Of a stretch of DNA of 64,000 nucleotides, positions 22,500-36,249 are shown in pieces. The notes under the pieces were generated by a model. That model searched no databases. It had not been told where the DNA came from and worked only from the letters and a program-made list of their open reading frames with translations. Positions within the stretch are counted from its first letter, which is position 1, and each line of letters begins with the position of its first letter. The stretch comes from Octopus vulgaris (taxonomy: Eukaryota), in the NCBI GenBank assembly GCA_951406725.2, contig OX597823.1, positions 25,916,001 to 25,980,000 on the forward strand, in the 5' to 3' direction. Made by a program: the position numbers and the translations under genes.

Positions 22500-24700
22500 T
22501 CAACGACCCAGTACCTCTCCTTCAACTTGTTGCAAAAGTCACAGGTTGACAAATATAATTTATCGATGTTTCAGTGCTGGGTGAAATATAATTCAGCTAC
22601 AGTTGCAGCATGAAGGATGTCTGATGGAGCTAAAGAGTTGCTAATAGCAGTGCCCAAAATAAGATATCTATATCTAGTCCAAGAGTAAAGAGTGAGTCCA
22701 TTAGGTCTCTTGCTATTCTCCTTGGACAACTCCACAGAACTGAAAGACTAAGTAAGACACCAGCCTTTACCACAGTAGACAGCATGTTAATAATTGATTA
22801 AATAGATCAAAAAGATTCAGAAATATGTTTTGACTAAATTATCCCACACTCAATTTTCCATGCTCTGAAACTAACAATCAAAGCATCTTCCACTGTTGTA
22901 GAGCTTCATCTCTCCCTCCTACTACCTGTTGAAGGGATAGAATATTGTCTGTCAAAGAGGAATGAGTATGAATGAAATAAAAGAACCAAGAGAGAAATAG
23001 AGAGGAGTATTTACAAAAACCCAGACACTGAATTGTTTGGGCAACAGATACTGAAGTAAGCTTAACATGACCAAGCTTTTGAGTTTCTCATAAATGACAT
23101 CATCAAAAATATACAAGGATGACAAGTTTCTTAACAAAGAGTTAACCCTCAGAATATAAAATAGCTTAGAAACAGATAAATAGATCCCTAAGAATATGAA
23201 CCTTTGATGCAGCTCAAGTTTTAACATCTGAGAAAGAAAGGTCAGTCCAAAAGCAACATCAGAAATTGGGGCTCGAAGGGAAATTCATGCTGATGGAGGA
23301 AAGAATTTGTTGAATAGATTCATCATAGTGATAGAGTGAAGATGAATGATTGTCTAATGTCCATTTTTGGAACCATCTGCTTCAAGATTCGGCAACCAAA
23401 ATCCTCAGTTATCATCTTAGCTGGAGAGTGTACCCTTAGCAAACATCATCAAGTTACAAGTATTCAAATTCTAATCAGATCCCAGCCTAGAAATACCATC
23501 AATGCCCAGGACAAACAGTTCAGAACCTGTTGAATTACTGGCAATGTGCTAATCACCGAACCTTAGATGGGAGGGCTCTCAATAAGTCTGCCAAGCAAAG
23601 TGGTTGAGCTCCAAGATTCTCTCTTTCACTGAGCTGAAGATGACATTGTGTCTGATTAAGTTGGAAGCATTTTAAAAACTATACTGTGGATCTTATTAGG
23701 AGTGCTGACATGTATGAATAGTAGCTTTGCCAGTTTAGAATCAACCCAGAGCTGAGGAGAGAGATAGTAGGTGTTTGATGACAAACCCACTTCTGATATG
23801 AGGTGTCTCAAAGTACACCAAACTGCTAATCAAATTTAGTTTAAGACAGAATAACACTAAAAAACAAAAAAAAATGTTTAAAAAAAAGTACTGGGGTTGA
23901 TCATTTGACTAAAAGTTCTTCAAGGTAGTGCCCTGGCCACAGTCTAATGACTGAAACAAGTAAATAAAATAATAAGAAAAAATGTAGGAAAGGATACTCT
24001 CACAAGAAAGTTTGTTTATGAACTGTTTGAGATATTCCGAAAACTTAAGACTCACATCACCAACCATCATGGAAATCCTATTTATAAGATGTCAGGGGTT
24101 AAGAGGTCACATCTAGATCCCACAGTAAAGGAAATGATCACTTTTCTTACATTATCTTTGGTAAATCTGGTCCTAAATAGCCTGATGACCAAGGCTATTG
24201 TAAATAATTATTGAAAGAAGGATGGTTTCATTTCAATTGGTCCAGGAATTCAGTGTTAGAATGAGCAAGACTAAAAAGGGAAGAAAGAGTATGAACTGCT
24301 CCTTTGATATTATTATTCACAGAATTTAGTGTTGATGGCTTTCTTCAGGTTTAGACTCCAATTGACATTTCTGACTATAGCTTTTCTATTCATCTCAGGC
24401 CTGAGAAATAGTTGTCATTTCAAAGATGTGAGAGAATTTGCTTCTTCATCAGGCACTCAGGAAAAAACAATCTTTACCAACCAGTTATATCATTAGATAG
24501 ATAGCTCTGCTTTCTTCAAGATTGAAGAGAGAATTAATGAAACAACAATGACTGCACTCTTGGGATACAGTAAATAAACTTTAACATGAATGGGCTTCTC
24601 AAGACAGCAGTCAAATTTTCAACAGGAAGCTGGTTACTCAAGTGAGGCTCAGCTATGCAACGAATGTCAGAGGTGAAGTTGCACTGATTACAAACCTAGT
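22500..24700 (-). mobile_element. highly decayed CR1/Jockey-like LINE
   Basis: Minus-strand traces of RT motifs (PGIDGISR.. at about 23490; a PQGS.LG.LLFIL-like segment at about 22960-23020) amid many stops. Confidence 0.45.
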
Positions 24701-25799
24701 TTGAAAATTCAACTTGGACCCTAGTTATGCCTGTATAAATCTGTAATAACTTTTGCAAAGTGGTAAAGGTGTCAGCTATCATTCAAATTAATTGAAAAAC
24801 AACATTATGTCATGCAGTTGGCTGGTCAAAACAGGTTGTTTATCTGCAGTCTAGTATATTTATTTATTTATCTGCAGTCTAGTTGCTCAACTCTGATCTA
24901 GCAGATGAAGAAAAAGTTTCAACAGTGACCATTCCATTTTAATTTTAGGCATTGTGTATATAGACTACATTCTCTAATAATAAAACAGTAGAATCTGGGA
25001 AAACTGTTGTCGGTCTACATTGGAAGATAGTAACACAAATAGTCCAAGCAGTGTAATATGTTTCATGCTATTATAAACCTGATGTTTGGAATAGAACCCT
25101 TTACCAGAGAAATGTGTCAACTCAAAATTTTGTAGGTGAAATTGGGTATACAGGAAGCCCATCAAATGAACTGCCCCTAAAGGCTGGATTTATCACACAA
25201 TATCATGCTTATTCTGCCTTATAGTTTACTTAGCTTCTATAACAGAATGAGAATAGGAGCTTCTTTGATTTAATATCTGGAATATTCATTGTTAAACTAA
25301 CTGACAGGGAGAGATGAACCAATATGTAAATAAATTATAAAGAAAAAATAAATGAGGTAATGGATAAAACACAAGTAGGTCAATGAGTTTGGATAAGGGA
25401 CGATGTGTTTGTATTCCTTCTTAGCTGAAGAAATGTAATGTATCTTAAAAATAAATAGAAAAATAATTCAAAGATATTAAACATTTAAATAATATCTTAT
25501 ATTTATTGAAAAAATGGCTAAAGTGAAGAAGAAATCAGTATAAAAATAAACAAAATATAAAGGGATGCATACTCTTCAAATATAAAAATCATACATCACA
25601 CCAGGTGACATTTTTGTTTCTCTCTAAAGATGTTTGAATTTCACAAAATTAATTTACAGTTTTAGGGGACAGAAGTATGTGAATAAATTTTGTGAATTTA
25701 ATTCTTAATTTCTTAAAATCATCTCCCTTTCTCTTTGAGAATTGTTAACTGTTACTGCTAAGATTTTGTTCTCTATCTGCAATTAAAAAAGAAATTTCC

Positions 25800-25844
<45 letters not shown>

Positions 25845-25962
25845 GTAAATGTAATATGTGACAATTATTCAGTAGCCACGATAAAACTCTGAGTTTTGGA
25901 TGCCGAGGTGGAAATCCATGCCGCCATCTCTTCAGTTATCCACCCATCGGAAAAATGCTATG

Positions 25963-26029
<67 letters not shown>

Positions 26030-26031
<2 letters not shown>

Positions 26032-26572
26032 GGATATTAATCGTCTGGAAACTGTTCAGCGACGTGCAACCAAGAGAATACCCTCTATCAGGCATTTGCC
26101 ATATTCTGAATACCTTACTTCTCTGGGCATGGATACATTGAAACTCCAATATCTGGCAGCTGACTTGGCAGACATCCATAAAATTATTAACCATCTTACA
26201 AACAATAACTCTGGGCATCTTTTCAAACTCCGCCTGTCAAACACCCGTGGACACGTTTACAAAGTCAGAAAACAGCACAGCTGCCATGACTTTCGGAAAC
26301 ATTTTTTCACGCTAAGAGTTGCTGAAGTATGGAACAAACTGCCGGCATCAGTTATTAGTTGTCGGAGCACTGCATCCTTCAAAACTTCCATGCTTCCTGA
26401 GATTCGCCAACACTACACCTGATTTTCTTCCCTCCGTACACACGTAAGCATGTATCTGACTCATACACTGTTCACTTCCCAAACATTTGTACATTACTGC
26501 ATACACTTTATATGCACTTTTGACCAGTTGTGGTGCACCTGAGCACTGTAGACAATAATTTCATCATTATTT
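26030..26572 (+). mobile_element. CR1-clade LINE 3' end
   Basis: DINRLETVQRRATKRIP..LPY..L..LG, TRGH..K and FFTLRVAEVWNKLP in ORF 25967; 3' UTR ending in an ATT-rich tail. Confidence 0.92.
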
Positions 26573-26599
26573 TTATATGGACACAAAAGGTGCAGTAAT

Positions 26600-28012
26600 A
26601 TCAGAGGAAGGTTAATAGGGAAGATAGTTTTTGTGTGGAAGGTGCGTAGCTACAATAAACACCAAAAACATACAGAAAATTGATTCTATCACATAGCAGG
26701 GGGGGGGGGACTAGGAGTAGTTGATAGCTTCTGTTACCTGCATGGCCAAGTCAGTAGCAGAAGGTGGATGCTTTGTGAGCATAGCTGGTAGAATAAGAAT
26801 AGGCTGGGCAAAGTTCAGAGTGCTCCTACCTCTGTTGGTAACAAAGGGCCTCTTGCTCAGAGTGAAAGGCAGATTGTATGATGCCTGTGTGTGAACAGTC
26901 ATACTACATGGCAGTGAAACATGGGCTGTGACTGCTTAGGACATGCGTAGGCTTGAAAGAAATGAAGCTAGAATGCTCTGCTGGATGTGTAATGTCAGTG
27001 TGCATGCATGACAGAGTGTAAGCATCCTGAGAGAAAAGTTGGGTATAAGAAGCATCAGATGTGGTGTGCAAGAGAGATGACTGTGCTGGTATGGTCATGT
27101 GTTGCATATGGATGAGGACAGCTGTGTGAAAAAGTGTTACGCCCTAACAGTGGAGGGAACCTATAGAAGAGGTAGACCCAGGAAGATATGAGATGAGGTG
27201 ATGAAGTATGATCTTCAAATGTTGGGCCTCACAGAGGCAATGACAAGTGACCGAGACCTTTGGAGATATGCTATACTTGTGAAGACTTGTCAAGCCAAGT
27301 GAGATCACAGTTGTGGCTGATACCAGTGGCATTTAACTGGCCCATTAAAAGTACCCTTGAATCATTGGGCAATATGCCGTGCCTATAAGACTTGTCAAAA
27401 CGAGTGAAATCATAGTCATGGCTGATGTCAGTGCCATCTGACTGGCACCCATGCCAGTGGCATGTAAAAAGCATCATTTGATTGTTAGGTCTCATGGAGG
27501 CAGTGACAAATAACCAAGACCCTTGGCAATATACTGTGCTTGTATTGACCTGTCAACCCAAGTGAGACTGTAGTCATGGCCAATGCTGGTGTCAAGTCAA
27601 TGGCCCCTGTGCTAGTGGCACATAAAAAGCACCCACTACACTCTTGGGGTGGTTGGCATTAGGAAGGGCATCCAGCCGTAGAAACCTTGCCAAATCAGAA
27701 TGGAACCTGGTGCAGCCCCCCCCCCCACCCAGCTTACCAGTTTTCAATCAAACCGTCCAACCCATGTCAGGATGGAAAGCGGACGTTAAACGATGATGAT
27801 GATGAACACTGCCACGTAAATGCACCTGTGCTGGTGCTGCGTAAAAGCACACAGTACACTCTGTAAAGTGGTTGGCGTTAGGAGGGCATCCAGCTGTAGA
27901 AACTATGCCAAAACAGACATTAGCTTGGGCAGCTCTCTTCAGCTGGTCAGCTCCTGTAAAACCGTCCTACCCATGCCAGAATAGAAAACAGACGTTAAAT
28001 GATGATGGTGAT
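26600..28012 (+). mobile_element. RTE 3' fragment with UTR repeats and a duplicated tail module
   Basis: Aligns with 15880-17260; the tail module occurs twice (27625-27805 and 27843-28012). Confidence 0.9.
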
Positions 28013-28859
28013 GTTTGATAAGTCATTAAGTGTTGAATGTGAAACAAATTAAAAATTCATTTTGTAATTTTTAATTTTAGTTTGTAAAATTTTGTGATAT
28101 TAGAAATAAAATCTCTTTTTCAAGGTAGCACGTTTTCAGACTTTTCTTGGCTTTCCTGTTGTCCCCTCACAAGACATTGAGATATAGGTGCTGTGAAATA
28201 ATGAAGTAAAAAATAATTTTCTTTTAAAACCAGATCTCACAACTATATTTAAAAAAAAAAGAAATTTAACGTAGTAGTAGTACAAATAAAGTATTTGCTT
28301 CTCACTAGAACAATATTTTGATTTCGTTGAGTTCCCAAATTTAAAATATATAATCAACCTTTTCAGGACTATAATTGCATTTCATCTTTTCGGAGGTCGA
28401 TAAAATAAAGTACCAGTCAAGTACTAAGGTCGATGTAGTTGATTAACACCTCCCACTTAAATTACTTGTATTAAAAATTTGAAACCATTATTGTTGTTAT
28501 ATGTTTTTTTTTTCTTTTTGTTTTATTTTGTTTTACTATGAGCCTGTTTCGCAGAACTCTGGTTAAACAGTGCTACAACAAATAGTGCGAAAAAAATTCA
28601 AAAACAAAATAAACACAGTGGTGTCTTTTCTCTTTAGTGGCCTGCACTTATGCTTATTCCGCTTAATGATTAATCAGAGCATGCCCACTAGTGAAGGAAG
28701 GGACACAATGGATAATATAGTCTGAGACATATTCTTAAAAAGACAGGATGGCCATAGTTGGAATGCTTTTTATCATACATCCCCTCAATAAGATTTGATA
28801 GTTTTAACAGCAACTTTTAGCATTAATAAAATTACTTGGAATAGTTTTTCATAGTTGAC

Positions 28860-28925
28860 AATTATTTGTTCGGATCCGTCTTAATCCCAGAATTCCACCA
28901 ACTTCCTGTTTATAGGTAAATTGTT
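28860..28925 (+). promoter_or_regulatory. candidate promoter / non-coding first exon of the ZNF800-like gene
   Basis: Locally CpG-richer unique sequence; ETS-like ACTTCCTG at 28901; donor-like TAG|GTAAAT at about 28915. The acceptor at 38293 requires an upstream exon. Confidence 0.25.
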
Positions 28926-29648
28926 TAAAAAAAAAACTCTATATTTATTTCCAGTAAGGTGTCCTTATGTGTTTCATGTCGTTTAAAAGATGGTTTGTAT
29001 TTGTATGTTTCTTTTTAGCTAAATAGACTCTATTCTTCTATTGTTAATGTTCGCATCTGTTGGTAAAGTTCGCTGGAATTGTGTGTGTTTGCTGACGCTG
29101 CATCTATGTTTGCAACGGTTGCTGTGGTATATCGCTTCATGTAACAATATACTTCCCTTTGTGAACAAATGTCAACTTTTCTTGTTCTTTCAGACAATAA
29201 TTACAGCTATTAGTACTAAACAAAAATCTATAGAAGAACATTTATAATCCAATTAATGACAACAGTCTATATTTTAACGGAGCAGAAAAGTTAAACTGAT
29301 CAAATTCTTTTTATATAAAGGAAACGATTTCTTTTGTATAGCTAGTGCTTGTTCAAAAGTTACAACAGCCTGGTTACTATGTGTTTCCCATCCAAACATC
29401 AAGAATTTGAATCAAATTTTACAAAAAGGATAAAATTGATGTTATTGTAATTATTTTACGGTTAATTATTATTTTCATTTATATATATTTTTTTTCTTTT
29501 GTCTGCAACAACGAGGTCTTTCATTCTTGCTTCCTTTGTCTCCTGGATATTGTTTTTATATCCTTCAGTGAATTAAACGAGCATCATCAATTGGTTTTAA
29601 TTATGAGACTTACATATGAAAAGATTATTTCCGATCTCGCAGCAAACA

Positions 29649-29689
<41 letters not shown>

Positions 29690-30046
29690 GAGGAAATTAA
29701 AACTGAAACTCGGAGTACAGACAGAGAAACCCAAACTGCTATTCAACTACTATATAGAATGAGAATAGGAGTTATATATTTATGTAAGAGAGCAAACAAC
29801 TTGGCGCCCAAGTTAATGAGTTCAAAACTCGGCCACTTACATGAACACGTTTTCGTATTTAGCTTTATTAAAAATGTAAACATGTATTCATCGTTCAGTT
29901 CCAAGTTTATTTTTGAAACAATTATTGTTTCAAAATTTGGCACAAGGCCAGCAATTTTAGAGGTAGCAAAGTTGACCACGGTGGGATTTGAACTCATAAT
30001 GCAAAGAATCGGAAGAAATGCTGCTGTGTCTGTGCGTATATATATA

Positions 30047-30363
30047 TTCTTTTATTATTTTACTTGTTTCAGTCATTTGACTTCGGCCATGCTGGAACAC
30101 CGCCTTTAGTTGAATAAATCGACCCAGAGCCTATTCTTTGTAAGCCTAATACTTATTCTGTCAGTCCCTTTTGCCGAACCGTTAAATCACGGGGGACATA
30201 CACGGACCAACATCGGTTGTCAAACGATGGCGAGGGACAAGCACAGACACACACATATATGCATATATATACGACGGGCTTCTTTCAGTTTCCGTATACC
30301 AAATCCACTCACAAGGCTTTGGTCAGCCCAAGGCTATAGAAGACATTTGCCCAAGGTGCCACA
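30047..30363 (-). mobile_element. tRNA-derived/CORE-like SINE (second family), 5'-truncated
   Basis: Reverse complement of 56320-56628, including the internal (TA)/(TG) microsatellite. Confidence 0.85.
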
Positions 30364-30364
30364 A

Positions 30365-30395
<31 letters not shown>

Positions 30396-30935
30396 CGCAC
30401 TGGAGCTTGTGGTTTTTAGTTTGCTCCCCCTGCTTTCTTGCTCAGATTCCGCCTGCTTGGGCGACTTCACTTTCCATTCTTCCACATTTAATAAAGTAAG
30501 TTCTAGTAATGTACTTAGTCGATTCAACTAATTTAAGCCCTTCTCTATAAATTCTTGGTATACACGAATGCTGAGGAATGATTACTATCACTGAAGCAGT
30601 GATCAGGTAGTATTAAGCTCCGGCCCTGACTCCGAGTTCAAATTTCATTGTGGCTAACTTTCATAAAATAAGTTAGATAGAAAGGCTGAGGTTCATTAAG
30701 TCAATTCCTCAACTTTTCCAATCATTTCTGGTTTAGCTTGTGTCACAATATTAAAAATTTTGTTTGTTAATTCTCTCCAAACTATTTTAATTATTTTGGA
30801 AATGAGAATTGTAAGATAAAACAAAATTAAAAGGAAAAGTTTCAATTTTCAAAATGAAGACTATATTATTGTTTAGCCCTGAGTCATCCCTGATCATACA
30901 GAGGCTTTGTGAAAGGCATTTCAACCATGACTTTC

Positions 30936-31003
30936 ATCATCATCATCGTCGTTTAGCGTCCGTTTTCCATGCTAGCATGGGTTGGACGGTTCTACTGGGG
31001 TCT

Positions 31004-31040
<37 letters not shown>

Positions 31041-31410
31041 GAGGAGCAGTGTAGTTTGCTTGAAGCATTGTACTACAGAAGTAGAATCATCATCATCATC
31101 GTTATTTAACGTCCACTTTCCATGCTGGCAGGGGGTTGGACGGTTTGACTGAACACTGGTGATCCCGAAGGCTGCATCAGGCTCAATCTGATCTGGCAAA
31201 GTTTCTACAGCTGGATGCCCTTCCTAATGCCAACCACTCCGAGAGTGTAATGGGTGCTTTTATGTGCCACCGGCATGAGGGCCAGTCAGGCGGTTCTGAC
31301 AATGACCACGCTCAAAAGGTATTTTTTACGTGTTATCTGCACAGGAGCCAGTCTGGCAGCACTGGCAATGACCATGCTCGAATGTTGTTTTTCGTGTGCC
31401 ACCGGCATGG
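30936..31410 (-). mobile_element. RTE-tail modules (two, separated by (TA)n) with UTR repeats
   Basis: (CAT)n-..TTTA.CGTCC..TTTCCATGCT.GCA.GGGTTGGACGG at 30936 and 31087. Confidence 0.85.
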
Positions 31411-31641
31411 GAAATGAGGAAAGCTTCCAACAATGCAGAGTTTAGAAAACCTTTATGTATTTTGGGTGCAGAAGAGTACAGTCAAAGAAATGTGTGTTTA
31501 CATGGCTCCTGCCATTTGGATAACCAAATGGGCAGTTTTAGTCCAGTGCTTGTGCATCTGAAATATATAAAGGTTTTTTTAAGCTTTCATCTCTGCATTG
31601 TTAGAAACTTTCCTCATTTCCCTTCCCATATTATTTTACAT

Positions 31642-31693
<52 letters not shown>

Positions 31694-31729
31694 TTGTGTG
31701 TATGTAAAATAATATATGAAATATATATA

Positions 31730-33330
31730 ATAATGATGAAATTATTGTACACAGTGTTCAGGTGCACCACAACTGGTCAAAAGTGCATATAAAGTGTATG
31801 CAATAATGTACAAATGTCTGAAAAGTGAACAGTGTATGAGTCAAATACATGCTTGCGTGTGTATGGAGGGGAGAAAATCAGGTGTAGTGTTGGTGAATCT
31901 CAGCTTGATGTCATCTGCATATTTCAGATGTGGCATTCTTTAAGTTGGCATCTATGTCATTAACATATGCAACAAATAAAAGGGGGCCAAGAGCAGATCC
32001 CTGTGGTACACCAGATGTCATCTCATAGAGTGAAGAGTGCTGTCCTAGAACTGTGATAACCTCTTTTCGGCTGATAATGAAGGACTTCAACCGGTTATAG
32101 AGATCATCTTTTACACTCATTGCAGAGAGTTTCACCATAAGTCTTTTGTGTGGCTCAGAATTAAAAATCTCAGCAAAGTCCAGGTAAACAACATCCACCC
32201 AGGATCCGCGATCAGTGATTCGGGTAATGTCCTCAAGAAACTCGATGAGTTGATTACAGCAGCTGGAGTTAGGAATAAATCCAAATTGTGACGGCTGGAC
32301 GAGGCTGTGAGACTTCCAGAAGTTCCAGAGAGTTTCTCTGACACAGGATTCCATCAGTTTGGCGATGCAGCTAGTAAGACTAATGGGGCGATAGTTGACA
32401 GGCAATGTGCGGTCACCTTTTAATACTGGCAGTTTTCCACTGCTCTGGAGTAACACCATTGTCAAGACAGAATTGAAAGAATAGTGAAAATTGGTTTAGA
32501 AGAAAGTACCCACCGCATTTAAGAAGTAGGTATGTAACACCATTGAGACCAGGAGAGGCATGGTTACGTTTATTCTTAAGGTGGTGTTGTAGCATTGCTG
32601 GTGTAAATTTCATAGTAGTTATAGAGTCTGGTGTCAGAGGTGATGGAGATGGAACATTTTGATCTTCAACAGTAAAGATGCCTGCATAGCATCCAGCAAT
32701 GATTTCTGCACATTCTTTGGGATTGCCAGCAATTTGCCCTGTGTGGGGATTGCAAAGGGGACTAACTGGAGAGTGAGGTCTCTGCTTTGAATGTACATAC
32801 TTCCAGAACACTTTGCTGTCAGGGTTGGTCGCTATGCGCTGTTCAAATTCAAACACTGCCTTTTTTGTCACCTGCTTGAGATAGTTGGCTGATCTATTGC
32901 ACTTTTTCCTGCTGATCTCTGATTTGTGCAATTTGTATTCCTGTTCAGCATTACGGCATTCTTTCCTGGCAATTTGGACTGCTGCAGTCTCCCAAATTGC
33001 ACTATTGGGTGGTTTTTTGTGCTTGCGTGGTACCGATGCTGCGCATGCTGCCCATATTGAATTCATATAACAGGTAATCGTGATCAACTTAACCGAGGTT
33101 GTGTTAGAACACAGAATAATGCATTTTTTTTACCTTGAGAGAATCTCTAAGGACTCATGGTGCATAAAAACACTTGGAATTATGTTGTTGACAGATGAGA
33201 ATTATCTGCTATGTCTGCTGGAGCTGCCAGATCATGTGATTTTGCCCTGCTATAGTATCCTTTGTGACAGATGTCCAGCAGCACAATAACAGCCAAATCT
33301 CCTGTCAACAATATATAAAATCTCAGTTTC
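31730..33330 (-). mobile_element. CR1-clade LINE with the RT domain, internally deleted after YADD
   Basis: ORFs 32413-33087 and 31911-32465: SPGLNG, NYRPISLTSCIAKLME, QFGF, DVVYLDF, SGVPQGSALGPLLF, KYADD; its 3' UTR matches 26397-26570. Confidence 0.93.
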
Positions 33331-33419
33331 TATTCAGGCATTGGTGTCACAAATTGCCAGTGGGCTTATTAACAAATAATTGTGACAGAAGCAGTATTAA
33401 TACCAAAAGATAATATTTA

Positions 33420-34668
33420 CAGGGTGCGGTTAATAAAATGTTGTCTAATTTACACAAAAATGAAAAATAACACTGATATTTCATTTTAACAGATATATTT
33501 ACCAAAATATCTTGAAATACTAAAGAGTAAATTCATTCAATAAAATCATCATTGGCTTCAACCACTGCCTCCTGACAACTTCGAAAACTCCTGCAACTCT
33601 TCTTGATGGTCTCCTTGTTTAAGTTGGTGAATGCTGCCATAATCCTTGCCTTCAGTTTGTCTTTGGTGTTACAAGGAGTTTTGTTGGTCTCTCTCTGATC
33701 TGTGCCCCACACATTAATAAAGGGGTTTACAGTCTGGGGAGTTAGGTGGTCAGATGTTAGGGGTGATGTGGTTGCAGAAATTGTCTGACAGCTACGATTG
33801 GGTTCTCCTGCTTGTTTGGCATGGTACAGAGTTCTGTTGCCAGATAAGGTCTTCCAGCAGCCACCCTCTTGACCCAGGGCAGCACTACCTCCTCAAGTTA
33901 CTTGATGTAGGCCTCTGTGTTGAGTCTGAAGCTGTGGAAGATGAATGGAGGCATAACATCACCATCACTAGTGATCACTCCAAACATCATGATGTTAACT
34001 GGACGTTTGATTTTTACCACTCTTGTTACATGTTTTGGGAACATAGCAAGCTAACGGTTGTTCTGTGTGTTCACCATCTGATTCTGGCAGAAATTTTTCT
34101 TGTCTGAGAAAAACCAAAGTATGTTCAGTTGGAGGGGATGCTAGAATTTGTTCAAAAGCTTGGTAGCGCTGTCTTTCCCCTTGTCATTGATGACTTGGGA
34201 TAAAAATTGGCCTTTTCTCATCTTGTTTGAGGAATACAGAATGTCATGCACTACCTGCCTGATAAAAAAACTCAAACACTCCTATGGACCTGATTGACTT
34301 AGTGAGATCATTGTCAATCATAGCCTGGATCTCACCAACAAATTCAGGTGTTCTTTTCTTAGAGTAAGTTTTCCGTGCTGCTGTACCTTCGTAATCACCA
34401 TTAGATTCCTCCAACTCTTTCCAAATTCTCTGCACTGTCCTCAGATTGACACCCAAACACTCTGAAATGTTCATATTGGAGCTTCTGGCATGAATGCCAA
34501 GCAGTAATGCATGTCGTTTCCAAATTTTTGGCAAGTGAATTGCATCAAGGTGCTGCTTTTCTCACAGACGGTGCCCAACTGACCCTACTATACTGTGTAG
34601 TCAACAAAATCAAAGTGCATGCACAATATAAAAATATAAAATGGCGATAATTTACCCGTCACACCCTG
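33420..34668 (-). mobile_element. full-length decayed Tc1/mariner-superfamily transposon (maT/DD37D-like)
   Basis: TA|CAGGGTG ... CACCCTG|TA termini; HTH-like ISECLGVNLRTVQRI; FFSDKKNF, WQQN and PPNSPDC motifs broken by stops. Confidence 0.88.
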
Positions 34669-35094
34669 TATATATCATGGGCTACATTGTCCAGTGTATC
34701 TTTTATTAAAGTGTGGAGGATGATTTGAAGATTTAGCTGCTATTTCTAGCAAGTCAAGTGCCCACATAGTGCCTATTTTGCTGGCTCATAGATGCATGAA
34801 TTGCTTTTGTTTGGCCCTAGGTTAGCCATCTTGACTAAACATAGCTATTGTGAAAGGTGTTCATCCTTTCACTATCGTATCTCATTTCCTGACAGTATTT
34901 CAACATCTGCAGTTATCTAAGTGTCCATTCTTTAAGAAGATAGGGTCTAGTTTTAGCGAGATAGGGCTGCTATTTCTATCTGCTCAAATGGCCAAATACA
35001 GGCACCCTTGTTTGAAGATATTACTGACATGGATAGTCAAGTCATATACTAATAAATATCTTTTACTGAAATGTATGTATACTTAAGTGCCAAG

Positions 35095-35541
35095 ATCTAG
35101 TTGTGGAGGGTACCTGTGGAATATGTAGACTCAGGAAGATGTGGGACAAAGTGGTGAGAAAGGATCTTCAGATGCTGGCTTTACTCAGGAAATGACAAGG
35201 GACTGGGAGATGTGGCCATTTGCTGTACTTGATAAGACGTGTCAAGCTAAGTAAAATCACTCTTTCACACATACAGGCGTGTCCTTTCATGTGCTGGTGT
35301 CACTTAAAAAGCACACATGCCAGTGTTGTTTTAACGCACCTCTACCGGTGCTGTGTAAACACACCCATGTCAGTGGTACGAAAAAAGCACCCAGCACACT
35401 CTGTCAAGTGGTTGGTGTTAGGAAGGACATCTAGCCATAGAAACCATGCCACAACAGACAGTTGGAGTCTGGACAGCTCCATGTCAAACTGTCCAACCCA
35501 TGCCAGCATGGAAAGCGGATGTTAAACAATGATGATGATGA
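35095..35541 (+). mobile_element. RTE 3' end and tail
   Basis: Decayed RGRPRKTW-like segment followed by the shared tail ending (GAT)n. Confidence 0.8.
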
Positions 35542-35854
35542 CTTACGAATGTTAAAATTATTATTTATATTATATTTATTTATTGTTATTTATCATTTAT
35601 TATATTGTATATCATATTTATTTAGTATACTATTTAATACTGTATTTCATTATTTATATTAAATTATTAATTATTATTTGAGAGCAAGTTAAAAAATAAT
35701 AATGGAACATTAACTGATGGGGTTACTATAAAAATTTATTATGAAGATCAAGTTAGAGACTTCAAATTTCCCCCATCAGCTTGTTTGACTGGTTGAAGAA
35801 GCTGAAAGGTGAAACTTAAAGGCTCAGACAACTTGATCTTTTGTATGCTTTTTT

Positions 35855-36145
35855 ATAAATATTGTTTAATGTAATGCATGTGGGCATGTATACATATATT
35901 TCTTTTAGTGAAATGTGGTTACATGTACAAATATCTTTAATGAAATTTGTGTATATGCATGCACATAAATGTATTTTATTAAAATGCATGTGTGTATACA
36001 AGCCATTTTCTTTCACTAAAGTGTGTGTGCACATATAATTTTTCTTTTACTAAAATGCGTGTGTGTATATACATAAATTTTCTTTTTAAAATCTATGTGT
36101 GCATGTATGCACACAAATTTATTTTACTGAAATGTGTGTGTGTTT
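35855..36145. repeat. degenerate ~32-33-bp minisatellite
   Basis: Recurring TTTTACTAAAATG(TG)nTATACA.A.AAT unit, about 9 copies. Confidence 0.75.
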
Positions 36146-36249
36146 ATGGTGAGGAAAAAAAATGTAAAGTTTAAAGTCAACACCATCATTCCTTTAGCAT
36201 TTAATCTGACTCAAATATTCTGTTTTATGTTCAAATCAGCTAGATCTAT

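Noticed and set aside
29591-30499. ORFs of 172 and 129 aa
   Set aside because: They run through (TA)n microsatellites and SINE sequence, with no domain or splice support.
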